From: Haliotis rufescens
Taxonomy: Eukaryota
Assembly (NCBI RefSeq): GCF_023055435.1
Contig: NW_025963891.1
Location: 2,914,001-2,978,000 of the forward strand
Direction of reading: 5' to 3'
Length of the DNA: 64,000 bases
This document shows positions 25,411 through 37,457 of this stretch, one piece after another (the first letter of the stretch is position 1; the number at the start of each line of letters is the position of its first letter). The translations under genes and the position numbers were made by a program. The notes beneath the pieces were generated by a model that saw only the letters and a program-made list of their open reading frames with translations, was not told the DNA's origin and ran no database searches.

Positions 25411-26790
25411 AGGTAGATGTACACGAATAAAAGTAGTGATCAGGTAGGAACAACATGAACATAAGGCTTAGGTAGATGTACAAGAATAAAAATAGTGGTC
25501 AGGTAGGAACAACATGAACATAAGGCTTATGAAGATGTACAAGAATAAAAATAGTGGTCAGGTAGGAACAACATGAACATAAGGCTTTGGTAGATGTACA
25601 AGAATAAAAATAGTGGTCAGGTAGGAACAACATGAACATAAGGCTTAGGAAGATACACAAGAATAAAAATAGTGGTCAGGTAGGAACAACAAGAATAACA
25701 ATTGTAGTTTTTTGAGTACAATTTGAATTTTAGGCTTACGTAGAAGTACAAGAATAACATAGTAGACCGGAAGGAACAATATGGATGGATATATTGCTTA
25801 GGTAGAAGTACAAGAAAAACAATAGTAGTCAGGTAAGAACGGTGAGGTCTACTAATGCCTACAGTGACAAATGCCTACAGTGACTAATGCCTACAAAAGT
25901 TGTTGTTTTAGTGTACACACTGTTTCACGCACCCCTGCACTCAAATGGTCTACTCTACTTAGTGTTCACTTATGCCTACACTGTAAACACAGACTAATTA
26001 ATGCCTTAGAAATGTTACTTGGATTGTGAAAATATTTGAGAGCCCATCCGAACATTTTTGCCTTCATCAAAGTGATCCAGAGACTAGAGAAGACGGACAG
26101 AAACAAGCTTGCTCAGTATCTCCGTCCACCACCCCGCAAGAGAATCTACCTAGAGATCAACCAGAGACTAGAAAGGCTACAGGAGCAGCTTCGACTGGGT
26201 ATCAAGTCTCCCCCAGTTCCTTGATGCAGCTGGATGTGTTGTAAAACTGGGCTAACAAAGCAACTAGTTTGTTCAACTCTGTGACACATGAAATAGGATA
26301 AATGAAAATGAATGATACATATGGATGATGTATGAGATGATATATGATGAATGTTAGTCTGATATTTATATAATGTACATGCAGTATGATAAATGAAACT
26401 GAATGAAATGTATATATAGATAATAAAAGATGTGTGATAAAATGGGAGTGTGAATGTGATGTTTGAATCATAATGTACATGAAATATGATAAATAAAACT
26501 ATGGATGATGTATGATGTATGACAAATCAGAAGAAATGTATGAATAAAGAAAGAACACAAAATATCATTTGCTAGTGTTTGTCATTTGTCACTGTAGGCA
26601 ATAGTACATTAAAATGGGCCAGTTCAACTCTGCAGGGAGGTAGCAGGGTATCACATGTAAAACCACTGAAGCATATAATGTTTGTTTTAGACTGTAGGCA
26701 TTTGTCACAGTAGGCATTAGAGGACTCCCCCGTAAGAACAATATGAATATAAGACTTACGTAGAAGTACAAGAATAACAAGAACAGTTTG
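25411..26790 (-). repeat. Diverged 59-bp satellite in the opposite orientation to 11443-12681, interrupted by a MULE
   Basis: aggtagatgtacaagaataaaaatagtggtcaggtaggaacaacatgaacataaggctt is a reverse-complement variant of the unit; resumes at 26732. Confidence 0.85.
25841..26731 (+). mobile_element. Non-autonomous Mutator-like (MULE) element
   Basis: TIRs with ctaatgcctac.gtgacaaatgcctacagt; TSD gtaagaac; transposase C-terminus remnant HPNIFAFIKVIQ...RKRIY...NQRLERL (26036-26224). Confidence 0.8.
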
Positions 26791-27946
26791 GCTTGAATAT
26801 AAGTCTTTGTATAGGTACACAAGGTATAGGTATAGGTACACTATAACAACGTTAGTTGTGAGGTCGGAACATAAGCCCCAGGCAGCTACAGCACAACAAT
26901 AGCAGTTATATACCAGGTATTTAATACTATTTGTAACGAGTGATTGAAATGCTTCATATATGGCCTCCACATAAGAAGTAAGCTGTGTGCATAGCTAAGG
27001 AGTTGACAGCGACAGTGAGTTAGTTGGATTAAATGCAGCTTGGAACAAAACTTCAGTAATCTCACGATTTGTAAGTTTAATTTGGGGGAAATGTGGAGCA
27101 CGTCTTAGACATTTGATAATCTACAGTGAGACTATCCCACATTTCAAAAGACAGTCGGTGTATCTCAATTCCCTGAGCGCTTTGGAGACGGTGTTCATTC
27201 GTACTGGCGAATAGGCCAGATATGTTAATCGTAAAGGGGCCAGATTTGAGACAAACATTACAGATATTATTCAAATTCAAGAACGAATTGATAGAATAAC
27301 CCTCCATAGATACCTAATCTGTTGTCTACATCTGAATACTGTCGTTTTCAGCTGAAGAAGAGTGGCACTGTACGACACGAAGGAGACTTGTGTGGCCGTG
27401 ACACAGTAGTTGGTTTGTGTTAATTGTGAGTGTTTTGAAATCTATTTCGGCAGATAATCGACACTGATGGCGTTGACGTTTTTTATATGCTATTCTTTGT
27501 AGAACCTCGTAGAGGTCAGTAGCTACTGATTCGATCACCCAGGAGGAAGTAAATATGATCATGACATGTTGATAAACTAAACATAAAAAACCATCACATA
27601 TTTGTATTTTGTGGTAATATTGTTTCAATTATACTACCTCTTTTATAATGATTGTTTCTGCGATTTATGGACTTCCACGTGAAAAGTATCTATATACTAT
27701 GTACCATGTGTAGGGAGCAGTATATTAGTGTGAGGAGAATCCACGTGTACGTTTTCAGGTTTAGTGGTATTAGAGTGCGGAGCTTGCACAACTCCGTATT
27801 CTGTATTGAGCACGAGGTATTGCTAGGATGATCTTGTAGCTGGCATGGCAATGTTGACCAAATGAGATGCAATCTCAGATGGAAACATTTCCAGCTTCAA
27901 CCAGAAGTGTGCACGTGTACTACGCCAAGACATCGTGTACGTCATC

Positions 27947-28109
27947 ATGGCCGTGAACATTCCCGGACTCATCTCCGTCATCGTGTTCTACATCCTCATC
28001 CTCGTCATCGGCATTATCGCAGCCAGGAAAAGCAGAAGTACCAGTGCCGAAAACTCGTTCGTGGCCAATAGAAGCATAGGATTATGGCTGTCGTTCTTTA
28101 CCATTACGG
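27947..28109 (+). CDS. SLC5A7: SLC5A7-like exon 1
   Basis: [19 protein letters not shown]...FFTIT; gtaag donor. Confidence 0.93.
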
Positions 28110-31100
28110 GTAAGGACCAAAGCTATCTATAGTTAGGCATGTACGAATTGAGAGTCGGTACAAAGGTGTCCATGATGATCCCTTCCAAGTACAACCATTA
28201 ACCTTACAGTTACAAGTAGGTTCTGCAATGGACAGGACAGCCTCTTGTAGGTATTACTGTTATCCTGACAGTCACGTGCAGGGACTACTATTACGAGTAC
28301 CTTGACAGTCACGCGCAGAAACTACTATTACCTTGACAGTCAAGTGCAGAAACTACCATTACCCTGACAGTTACGTGCAGGAACCACTATTACCTTGACA
28401 GTTCCGTGCAGGAGCTACCATTACCCTGACAGTTACGTGCAGGAGCTACTATTACCCTGACATTCACCTGCAGGAGCTACCATTACCCTGACAGTCACGT
28501 GCAGGAACTACTATTACCTTAACAGTCACGTGCAGGGACTACTATTACCTTGACAGTCACCTGCAGAAACTACCATTACCCTGACAGTTACGTGCAGGAA
28601 CCACTATTACCTTGACAGTTACGTGCAGGAGCTACCATTACCCTGACAGTTACGTGCAGGAGCTACTATTACCCTGACATTCACCTGCAGGAGCTACCAT
28701 TACCCTGACAGTCACGTGCAGGAACTACTATTACCCTGACAGATATGCTTGACGATGATGATATGCTTTCTTTCTTTCTCGGTGCAGATGTCCATGAATT
28801 GACAAACGAACTTGATTACGATACTTGGCAAAGCATCATACTGTCTTTCTGCCACTTCATATGGAATTTAAAGAAATACCTTATGTATATCTACTAGATA
28901 CCTTACTGCTCTCAAAATGTACATTGTAAATTGTTTATTCATAGCAGTGTATAACATGATTTCTTTGTATATAGTCAAGTAATTTCATTGATGTATTGTA
29001 AATAATGTACTTGCCCATGTAAAATCTTCGGCTTCAACTCTGGAGGAAATAAAGAAATTCATTCATTCATTCATTCATTCGTGCAGGAGCTACTATTACC
29101 CTGACATTCACCTGCAGGAGCTATCATTACCCTGACAGTCACGCGCAGAAACTACTATTACCTTGACAGTCACGTGCAGAAACTACTATTACCTTGACAG
29201 TCACGTGCAGGGACTACTATTACCTTGACAGTCACGTGCAGAAACTACCATTACTCTGACAGTTACGTGCAGAAACCACTATTACCTTGACAGTTACGTG
29301 CAGGAGCTACCATTACCCTGACAGTCACGTGCAGGAGCTACCATTACCCTGACAGTTACGTGCAGGAGCTACTATTACCCTGACATTCACCTGCAGGAGC
29401 TACCATTACCCTGACAGTCACGTGCAGGAACTACTATTACCTTAACAGTCACGTGCAGGAACTACTATAACCCTGACAGTAACGTGCAGGAACTACTATT
29501 ACCCTGACTGTCAACTGCAGGAACTACTATTACGCAGACAGTCACCTGCAGGGACTACCATTACCCTGACAGTCATTTGCAGGAACCACTATTACCTTGA
29601 CAGTTACGTGCAGGAGCTACCATTACCCTGACAGTTACGTGCAGGAACTACTATAACTCTGACAGTAACGTGCAGGAACTACCATTACCCTGACTGTCAA
29701 CTGTAGGAACTACTATTACGCAGACAGTCACCTGCAGGGACTACCATTATCCTGACAGTCACGTGCAGGAACCACTATTACCTTGACAGTTACGTGCAGG
29801 AGCTCCCATTACCCTGACAGTTACGTGCAGGAGCTACTATTACCCTGAAATTCACCCGCAGGAGCTACCATTACCCTGACAGTCACGTGCAGGAACTACT
29901 ATTACCTCAACAGTCACGTGCAGGAACTACTATTACTCTGACAGACACGTGCAGGAACTACTGTTACCCTGACTGTCAACTGCAGGAACTACTATTACCC
30001 AGACAGTCACCTGCAGGCACAACTGTTACCCTGACATTCACCTGCAGGAACTACCATTACCCTGACAGTCACGTGCAGGAACTACTTTTACCCTGACAGT
30101 CACCTGCAGGAACTACTATTACCCTGACAGTCACGTGCAGGAACTACTTTCTTTTACCCTGACAGTCACGTGCAAAGTACTAATTGATCGTTATCTAAAA
30201 GGGTACATGCATACACCAGCTAGCACAAAGTTCAAACATAAACATAAATTGTGATATGAGATTCTGGTAGCTGGGGTTTGATTAAAAAAAGAAGTTACTT
30301 TTCCCGGACATAACTCTTCTTATTGTCTCAGGTTGTACATAAGCAACCAGTTGTGCGCTGTGCATTTTGGATGTCCTGGCAAAAATCTATGTTGTGCAGA
30401 AAGAAATCGTAGGGGTCATCATTTCAGAAAAAGATTGTAGGTTTTGTGCAAATGTTTTCACATGCAACCTTACTTTTCTCAGATTGCTCTTGAAAACAAA
30501 GTAGTTCGCTCATCTGCATTACTGGACGGTCAACATTAAGTTACGCTAAATACGATTATTTTACTATATTACATGATTATACATGAATCATGGTGATGAA
30601 TGTTCACACTTCTACAGCCACCAACATTGGGGGAGGCTACATTAATGGTACAGCGGAAGCCATGGCATTTAGCGGCCTCATCTGGACCAATGCTCCCATT
30701 CTGTATTCCATTTCCATTGGCGTTGGTAAGGGGATTTCAATTAACAAAACACAGTGAAAATATACCGAAATGTAATTATTTGATGAACGAATGAATGTTA
30801 ACAGTTGCATTTGTCGTGGATCTTGTACTTTCATTTTGGCCCTGGACTAATATCATTTATTATGTGTAATTATTGAATGTGACAAACATGTTTAATGAAC
30901 GGAGCAAACATAAAGGGTTTTTTTTAGAAAAAAGAATAGATTTTTAAACATGCATGTTGATTAAATTTCAACATTTAAATTGTTCAGGAGAGTTTATTTA
31001 AACTGTCTCACAACTGTATACATACATATTATTTTTCAGCTGGAGTGTTTTACGCGCCTAAGATGAGAAGAGGAGGATATGTAACCATGTTCGACCCCAT

Positions 31101-33858
31101 CCAGGCCAAGTTGGGAGATCGTGCCGGAAGTCTTCTCTTCTTCCCGCAGCTGATGGGAGATGTCTTCTGGTCAGCCGCCATCTTGTCAGCCTTAGGTATA
31201 TCTATGACAATTTAATTAAAAAAAAAATCCCACCAGCTTAGTGAGTGGTTTGGTTGTCTACCACAGCTGTTTAGACGCATTTTGTAAGGATATATTGAAC
31301 ATTGCCGGGTGTCATGACTTATTTTCAGTGATCCATCCACATAATTGTCAATGTTATTTTGCCATGGATTCTGTTCCGATGGATAATTGTGACTGTTTAT
31401 TCTCTGACGTGAACGTTTTATTTTACTACTTTGGTTAAACTCTCGAGCTCGAGACCTTACTGACCTTAACCTGTGTGCTTCATCACAGGGTCCACCATGT
31501 CCCTTATCCTGGATCTGGACCCCGTCTTGTCCATCATCGTGTCCACTTGTGTGGCCGTGTGCTACACCTTCATCGGGGGACTATACTCTGTGGCCTACAC
31601 TGATGTCATCCAGCTCATTTGTCTTTGCGTGGGACTGGTAAGGATATTACATGAAGACATTACATCATCAATCTGATATCGCCAAGAAACATTTGACTTT
31701 GCCTCATGATGAGATGTAGGGCTGTTCAGTCAACAGCATAGTGTAGGGCACAGTGGTTCAACGTTACGAATAATTACAGGCTACGTGGGTTGTATACGCT
31801 TTGTTTTTGGGACTGGTAGAGAATGATGGTTTGTGATGGACGTCATAAGAAAATCAAGCAGGTGTTGACAGTTAATATATTTCATCAATAAGCTCAACAA
31901 ACCCCCCAAATCCACCCCACTTGCCTCATTACCTTCATATCCCCTCAGAGTTTACAATGTCGATACACTGTTGTAAGTAATTACAATGTGGCACAAGAGA
32001 GCTTTCACTTCAATCTGTAAACACACTTTGTCGGTAACTTGGTTATAAATTCATTTTAAAGTATTACTGTCATTCATTTAATGTAAATTTATTGTCCAAG
32101 GGTGGAGTTTTGTGAGTAGCATATGATGTATCAAGCTAAAACAATAACCAGCTGCCAACAACATACATTTTTACATAGTTTCACTCACTTTCTGTCACTT
32201 GGATCTGATCCTCACGTTAACCGTAGAAAACGATAGATTCTCAACTCGCTTATTTGAGGGTGTTGTATATATTTCAGATCGTGGCATGTCCCTTTTCCTT
32301 CTTCCACCCATCTGTCGACCTCTCACGAGTCCAGGACACGTGGCTGGGAGAGCTGCCCACAAACATGATTGGTATATATGCAGACCTCTGTTGTCAGCTC
32401 ATCTTTGGAGGTCTAGCTTGGCAGGTATTTATCTTGCTTGCTTTGTTCTAAGACTGTTGCATCCACCTATATGAATACGATCTGTATATCTGACCTTTTC
32501 ACTTTGATAAAAGGCTATACATAACATGATATGATATGGGATAATCATTATGATGAGGATACCAAGGGCATATCTATATTTTGTATCTGCTTGTGTTAAT
32601 GTGGACTTTTAATCCTTTATGCAGGTTTTTTACCAGAGGGTGTTGGCTTGCAAGACGGCCAGTGTTGCTCGTACAAGTTCCATTGTATCATCGTTTTGTA
32701 GCCTACTTTTCGCCATACCGCCAGCAGCTATCGGAGTAGTCGGGGCAGCAGCAGGTTAGGATGTCAATAATAATTTGACAGTTACCACAAATCTATCTAT
32801 GAATTATATATATATGACTCACATCAAATTGAATAAATGTTGTTAATTGTTATCAGTTTTATCAGATACGTTTATGTTTTATGATTTCCCCCAGACTGGA
32901 ATGCCACATCCTACACAGGCGATGTACCAATACCTACTGAATACCACAGTTTTATCCTTCCCATGGTGCTCAATTACTTGTGTCCACTTCCGGTGGCAGT
33001 GTTGGGACTTGGTGTGGTGGCTGCTGCTGTCATGTCATCTGCCGACTCCTCTGTCCTTGCAAGTGGAACCGTCTTTGCTAAGAATATCTACAAAGATGTC
33101 CTACGTCCACAGGTGGGTTAGAAAATGCGTCTCTACAAAAATAAAATCGCACGTATTGTAAGAAACAAGAAACGGTGGAGAGGTTGTTATTACTGAATCA
33201 GGTCAATGAAACATCCTGAGAATGTCATTAATGCATTTGAAAAATATCTATATATTTATTATTGCTTTCTAATAGTCAATATGGATATCATTCTTAGGCC
33301 AGCGACCGAGAAGTGATGTGGGTCTTGAGAGTTGGCATAGTGGTGACTGGTACGTTGTCGTGCGTCCTTGCCATCCTGGTGAAGTCAGTTTATGGACTGT
33401 TCTACTTGTGTTCTGACCTAGTGTACGTCATCCTCTTCCCCCCATTCACCTGCGTTCTCTGGATCGGGTTCACCAACACCTACGGCGCGCTCACCGGCTA
33501 CGCCCTCAGCCTCTTTCTGAGAGTGGCCGCTGGGGACGCCCTGCTTGGAATCCCAGCTTTTATTCATTTCCCCTTTTACACAGAAGCTGATGGCCAATTG
33601 TTTCCTTTCAAGACCCTGGCGATGATAGTCAACTTTGTGGCCATCATATCTGTGTCAGCGTTCACAAGGCTTGTGTTCCGGCGAGGGTGGTTGTCAACCA
33701 GATGGGATGTGTTTAATGTGATGAAGAGAGAAGAGGACGCCAAGAGGGCCGAAGAGCGAGGAGAAAGTCTGATGATGAAGGAACGACAAGATGGAAACAG
33801 AGACCTGGATTACGCAGAGAATGAAAAGATGAAACTTGGGGATAACTATATGCAGTAA
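27947..33858 (+). CDS. SLC5A7: High-affinity choline transporter 1-like (SLC5A7/CHT1 family, SSF), 8 coding exons, 543 aa
   Basis: Exons 27947-28109, 30618-30725, 31040-31195, 31489-31637, 32278-32424, 32625-32754, 32895-33112, 33298-33858 join in frame (1632 nt), all GT-AG; motifs [67 protein letters not shown]. Confidence 0.95.
28250..30175. repeat. Minisatellite 2, 31-bp unit, in SLC5A7 intron 1
   Basis: Unit cctgacagtcacgtgcaggaactactattac; interrupted at 28743-29080. Confidence 0.97.
28743..29080 (+). mobile_element. Short 5'-truncated LINE with (TTCA)n tail
   Basis: [13 protein letters not shown]...DTWQSII...WNLKKYL* is homologous to the C-terminus of the 3011-4675 ORF; tggaggaaataaaga then (ttca)n. 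Confidence 0.85.
30618..30725 (+). CDS. SLC5A7: SLC5A7-like exon 2
   Basis: [16 protein letters not shown]...SIGV. Confidence 0.93.
31040..31195 (+). CDS. SLC5A7: SLC5A7-like exon 3
   Basis: [19 protein letters not shown]...[12 protein letters not shown]. Confidence 0.93.
31489..31637 (+). CDS. SLC5A7: SLC5A7-like exon 4
   Basis: GSTMSLILD...[21 protein letters not shown]. Confidence 0.93.
32278..32424 (+). CDS. SLC5A7: SLC5A7-like exon 5
   Basis: [11 protein letters not shown]...IFGGLAWQ. Confidence 0.92.
32625..32754 (+). CDS. SLC5A7: SLC5A7-like exon 6
   Basis: [11 protein letters not shown]...[14 protein letters not shown]. Confidence 0.92.
32895..33112 (+). CDS. SLC5A7: SLC5A7-like exon 7
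   Basis: DWNATSY...[11 protein letters not shown]...[12 protein letters not shown]...[10 protein letters not shown]. Confidence 0.93.
33298..33858 (+). CDS. SLC5A7: SLC5A7-like exon 8 (last coding exon)
   Basis: [11 protein letters not shown]...[14 protein letters not shown]...TAA. Confidence 0.93.
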   Translation, partial: ASDREVMWVLRVGIVVTGTLSCVLAILVKSVYGLFYLCSDLVYVILFPPFTCVLWIGFTNTYGALTGYALSLFLRVAAGDALLGIPAFIHFPFYTEADGQLFPFKTLAMIVNFVAIISVSAFTRLVFRRGWLSTRWDVFNVMKREEDAKRAEERGESLMMKERQDGNRDLDYAENEKMKLGDNYMQ

Positions 33859-34335
33859 TTAAAATCGATTACATTTTTGGTGTACACCAACATAATGTGA
33901 TTTATTATCCACAAACTAGTGTTAACTTACTCACTCACTCGCTGTTATTCATAATTACATGTAACCCTTAAGAACCCACTGACAGTTTCGGAGAGCTGTT
34001 TTCCAATCTGTATTTAACTTGATGCTGACCTCTGTACTTTGAATCTACTTGTCCCCTGATGTTTCTCTGTGTGTAGTGCGCCTCGGAGGGGGTTCTCCGA
34101 ATGCCGGCTTCTATTGCTTAAGATATGGAAGCAGTGGATTGTTATAATCTCTAAAACATAACCTTATGGGTTTGTTATATTCTTTTAAGTCCTTAACCAA
34201 AAACACCAATTCCTTTCATATACACATCAATATACATTTTTCTGCAGCAATGTAATTAGACCAATAATCTGAGAGATGCAGTCGGTATACTGAAGCTGAC
34301 TCAGATCTGAGTATTACATAGAAATGTTCTATATG

Positions 34336-34341
34336 AATAAA
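34336..34341 (+). promoter_or_regulatory. Candidate polyadenylation signal of the SLC5A7-like gene
   Basis: AATAAA about 480 bp after the stop, followed by GT-rich sequence. Confidence 0.4.
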
Positions 34342-34424
34342 CTTATTTCGTGTGGAATGGAAGAATTTGTATCTCCACGTTTATGACATTTAACCTCATA
34401 CAATACAATATATATTTTCTTGTA

Positions 34425-36069
34425 TACTACTCAAAAGAAGATATGGAACACTGATATGTTTGCACTTAAAATAAAAAACGAACAGAAGATGAAGACATGT
34501 GTAGTAAATTCAATAATGACCGAGTATACAGTAAGAAAGAATCATGAACAATCCACTACATTTCATAACGTGATCAAGTGTTGATGTCAATAATGTCACT
34601 GGGGTCAAAATTGGAAATCCAGGCCATGAGAGAAAAGTCAGAAACGAGTGTGTCCGCCCCTAGCAGCCACACGTGCAACACAACGACGCCTCATGGATGT
34701 CACTAATGTCTGTAGTGTGTTCTGTGGGAAAGCATGCCACTCCAAACTCAGCCATTGAGCAAGCTGGCGCATATCTTGAGGTGGACGGTGGTTCTCCCTA
34801 ACACGTCTCGTTAACAGATCCCATACGTGTTCAATGGGTGCCATATGAGGAGAATATGCTGGCCATTCCATGCGAGTAACATTGTTTTGTCCCAGAAAGT
34901 CAGTGACTATGCGTGCACGATGAGGTCTAGCCTTGTCATCCTGGGAAAACCGCCTGTGGGCCTATTCGATGAAGACAAGGAATCACCATTGGTCTCAGAA
35001 TCACATCCTTGTAGCGAACAGCATTCAAATTCCCGTTGATGACGTACAGATTGGTTCTGTGATGAAATGAGAAGGCGGCCCACACCATGACACTACCACC
35101 ACCAAAGCGGTTGTGCTCACGGACGTTGACGTCAGCAAAACGTTCCCCACGCCGTATGTAGACAAGAACACGACCGTCATTATGCTGCAGTGAGAACCGA
35201 GATTCGTCAGAAAAAAGAACTGCTGACCACTGTTGTCTTTTCCACTGTCGGTGTTGCCGTGCCCATGCGTCTCTGGCTGCTCTGTGACGCGGAAGAAGAA
35301 GCGGTCTAACGACTTGACGTCGGGGCCTGATGTTTCTTTCCCTCATATGGTTTCTTATGGTTTGGTCACTGACATTTGTTCCTGTAACAGCCCTCAGTTG
35401 CCTTCGAAGATGGTTTGCTGTGACTGTTCTCCTCCTCAATGCTTCAACAACGACGCACCGGTCTTCTCTTCCTGTTGTCACACGAGGGCGTCCTGACCTT
35501 GGTCTATCACGTACTGTCTGTGTTTGTTGGAATCGCTGACGTATTCTGCAAATGACGAATGGACTAACATTTAACCTTCGAGCAGCTTCCCGCTGTGAAA
35601 CATTCTCATTTAGCCACCCAATAGCTCTGGCTCGTTCTTCAATCGTGAGGTGTCGACGTTGTGGCATGTTGAACACAGTGATGCAGTTTCATAGCGACCT
35701 GCCTTTATCAACCCAAAATTCGCACAAAAATTCCTTGTGGCTCGTGCTGTGGCTCTCATAACAGATTTTCTATTTCTTATGTGGGCATAACTGAGAATAA
35801 GTGAGCAAATGCACGATCTCCATTTTTACGGCAGCTGTGAGGAGGAGATTACAACAAAAATTTCCATGAAAATCAGTGCTGGTCAAAATGAACGTTGACG
35901 AGTCCATTATGACTCAAATTCTTTGTTCTGGTCATGAAGTCACTTGAGTAAGGGTAGTCTTCAATATCAGTACGTTAGCCGCCGATCAGGAGGCCCTTTA
36001 CCAAATTTAAAAGGAATCGAATGAACAGTGCTACAAAATATCCGTGTTCCCTAATTATTTTGACGAGCA
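34425..36069 (-). mobile_element. Tc1-family DNA transposon, full length
   Basis: TA flanks; imperfect TIRs tactactcaaaa..ggaacac / gtgttcc..ttttgacgagca; transposase inside. Confidence 0.9.
34638..35667 (-). pseudogene. Tc1 DDE transposase with one frameshift
   Basis: HTH, GRPRVTT, VLFSDESRF, (F)QDDKARPH, WPAYSPHMAPIEHVW; one extra C near 34943. Confidence 0.9.
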
Positions 36070-37457
36070 TATATATTTTCATAACACACCTGATAACTCT
36101 TCCTTGTAAATAGCACAAACTGGTCTTGAATCTTAGAATTTCATCTTCATGTTGGCTAAGAACTCGTCAGCTTTTATCTGATTCCCATCCATACGATGGT
36201 TATCATTGTCCCTGTAGCCGGAGATGGTGTTGTCGGTGGTGTTGATGTTCGCTGGACATCCAGTGTTGCTGCATCGCTGATGAGTTGTGCAATTGTTCCT
36301 GCTCTAAACCCTAAACGTACACCCAGAATATACCAGATTCTGACGACCCAATCTAACGATGGTTAATCTGTGCATTTGACATTTTTGCAAAGGTGTGATC
36401 ATTTGTGAGCCTTCATTTTATACTACTCAATCTAGAAAGTATCGTTAAGTAGTGATATATGTTCACCCTTGACTCGTTACAATATCCCTAATAGTTAATG
36501 AATTATGTTCACATATCTTAAAAAACAACTGATGCAAATATACATTCGGTGACAACTGTCAATCTGAATCAGATTAAAATAAAAGCATCAAATCCCTTCA
36601 AGAAATCCCCGCGAAAAACGGTTAATTTGTCGATTAATTTGTTCTTTCATCGTTTTGGGGGGTTAAATGCTACCAACTAAAGCAAAAATTGAACGAACAA
36701 AATAATCGACTTTTGAAGATTTTGTCACTTGTAATTACTGTGGCACTCATAACAGATTTTCTATTTCTTATGTGGGCATAACTGATGAACACTAAGTGGT
36801 TGTTATGGCAATTGAGAATGTAAGCAGTTCTGAAAACCTTATGATTTCTAGATGTTACTGATTCATGGGCTTTGGCTGATGTTAATTCAGATATAAATAC
36901 ACCGTTTACACATGATGAGGTTAAAGGGGCAAGTTCTACAGCTAACATATCCAGGAGCAGATAACTTGTGTTGTGAGATGTTTAAAAATTATTCGCGTTA
37001 TTCGCGATCTTTTGAATATGTACTGGGATTCTCGTTTTATTCGTAAGGCTAAGAGATATGTCAAAATTATACCTACCAAACCCAGGACCCCCCAACACCC
37101 CCCCCCCCCCCACCCCTCCCCACTTCCAGCACAGTACACAGCGGTTTCCCTTAAGTGTTGTGGATGTAAAATTATGCAAAGAATAATCACCAACCCTTTG
37201 AAACTATCAGCTCTTATCCAGTACTCATTCTGGGTTTTGAAAAGGTCGCTCGTGCACCGATAAGCATATAAGACTTCAGACAGCAGAATCTCAGAAAATA
37301 GTTTGCAATCAGAATTACATGCTGTAAGTATTCATTGAAATAGAAAAAGGGTAGGCCTTTCAAATTGCAAACAATTGGTATAACAGATAACAGGGTGATT
37401 CATGTGGGTATTGAGACAGAACTTACTGGCTTGCACATCATAGATAATGGAAGTCCA

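Noticed and set aside
37081-37121. C-rich tract with G-quadruplex potential on the minus strand
   Set aside because: Isolated low-complexity tract with no supporting context.
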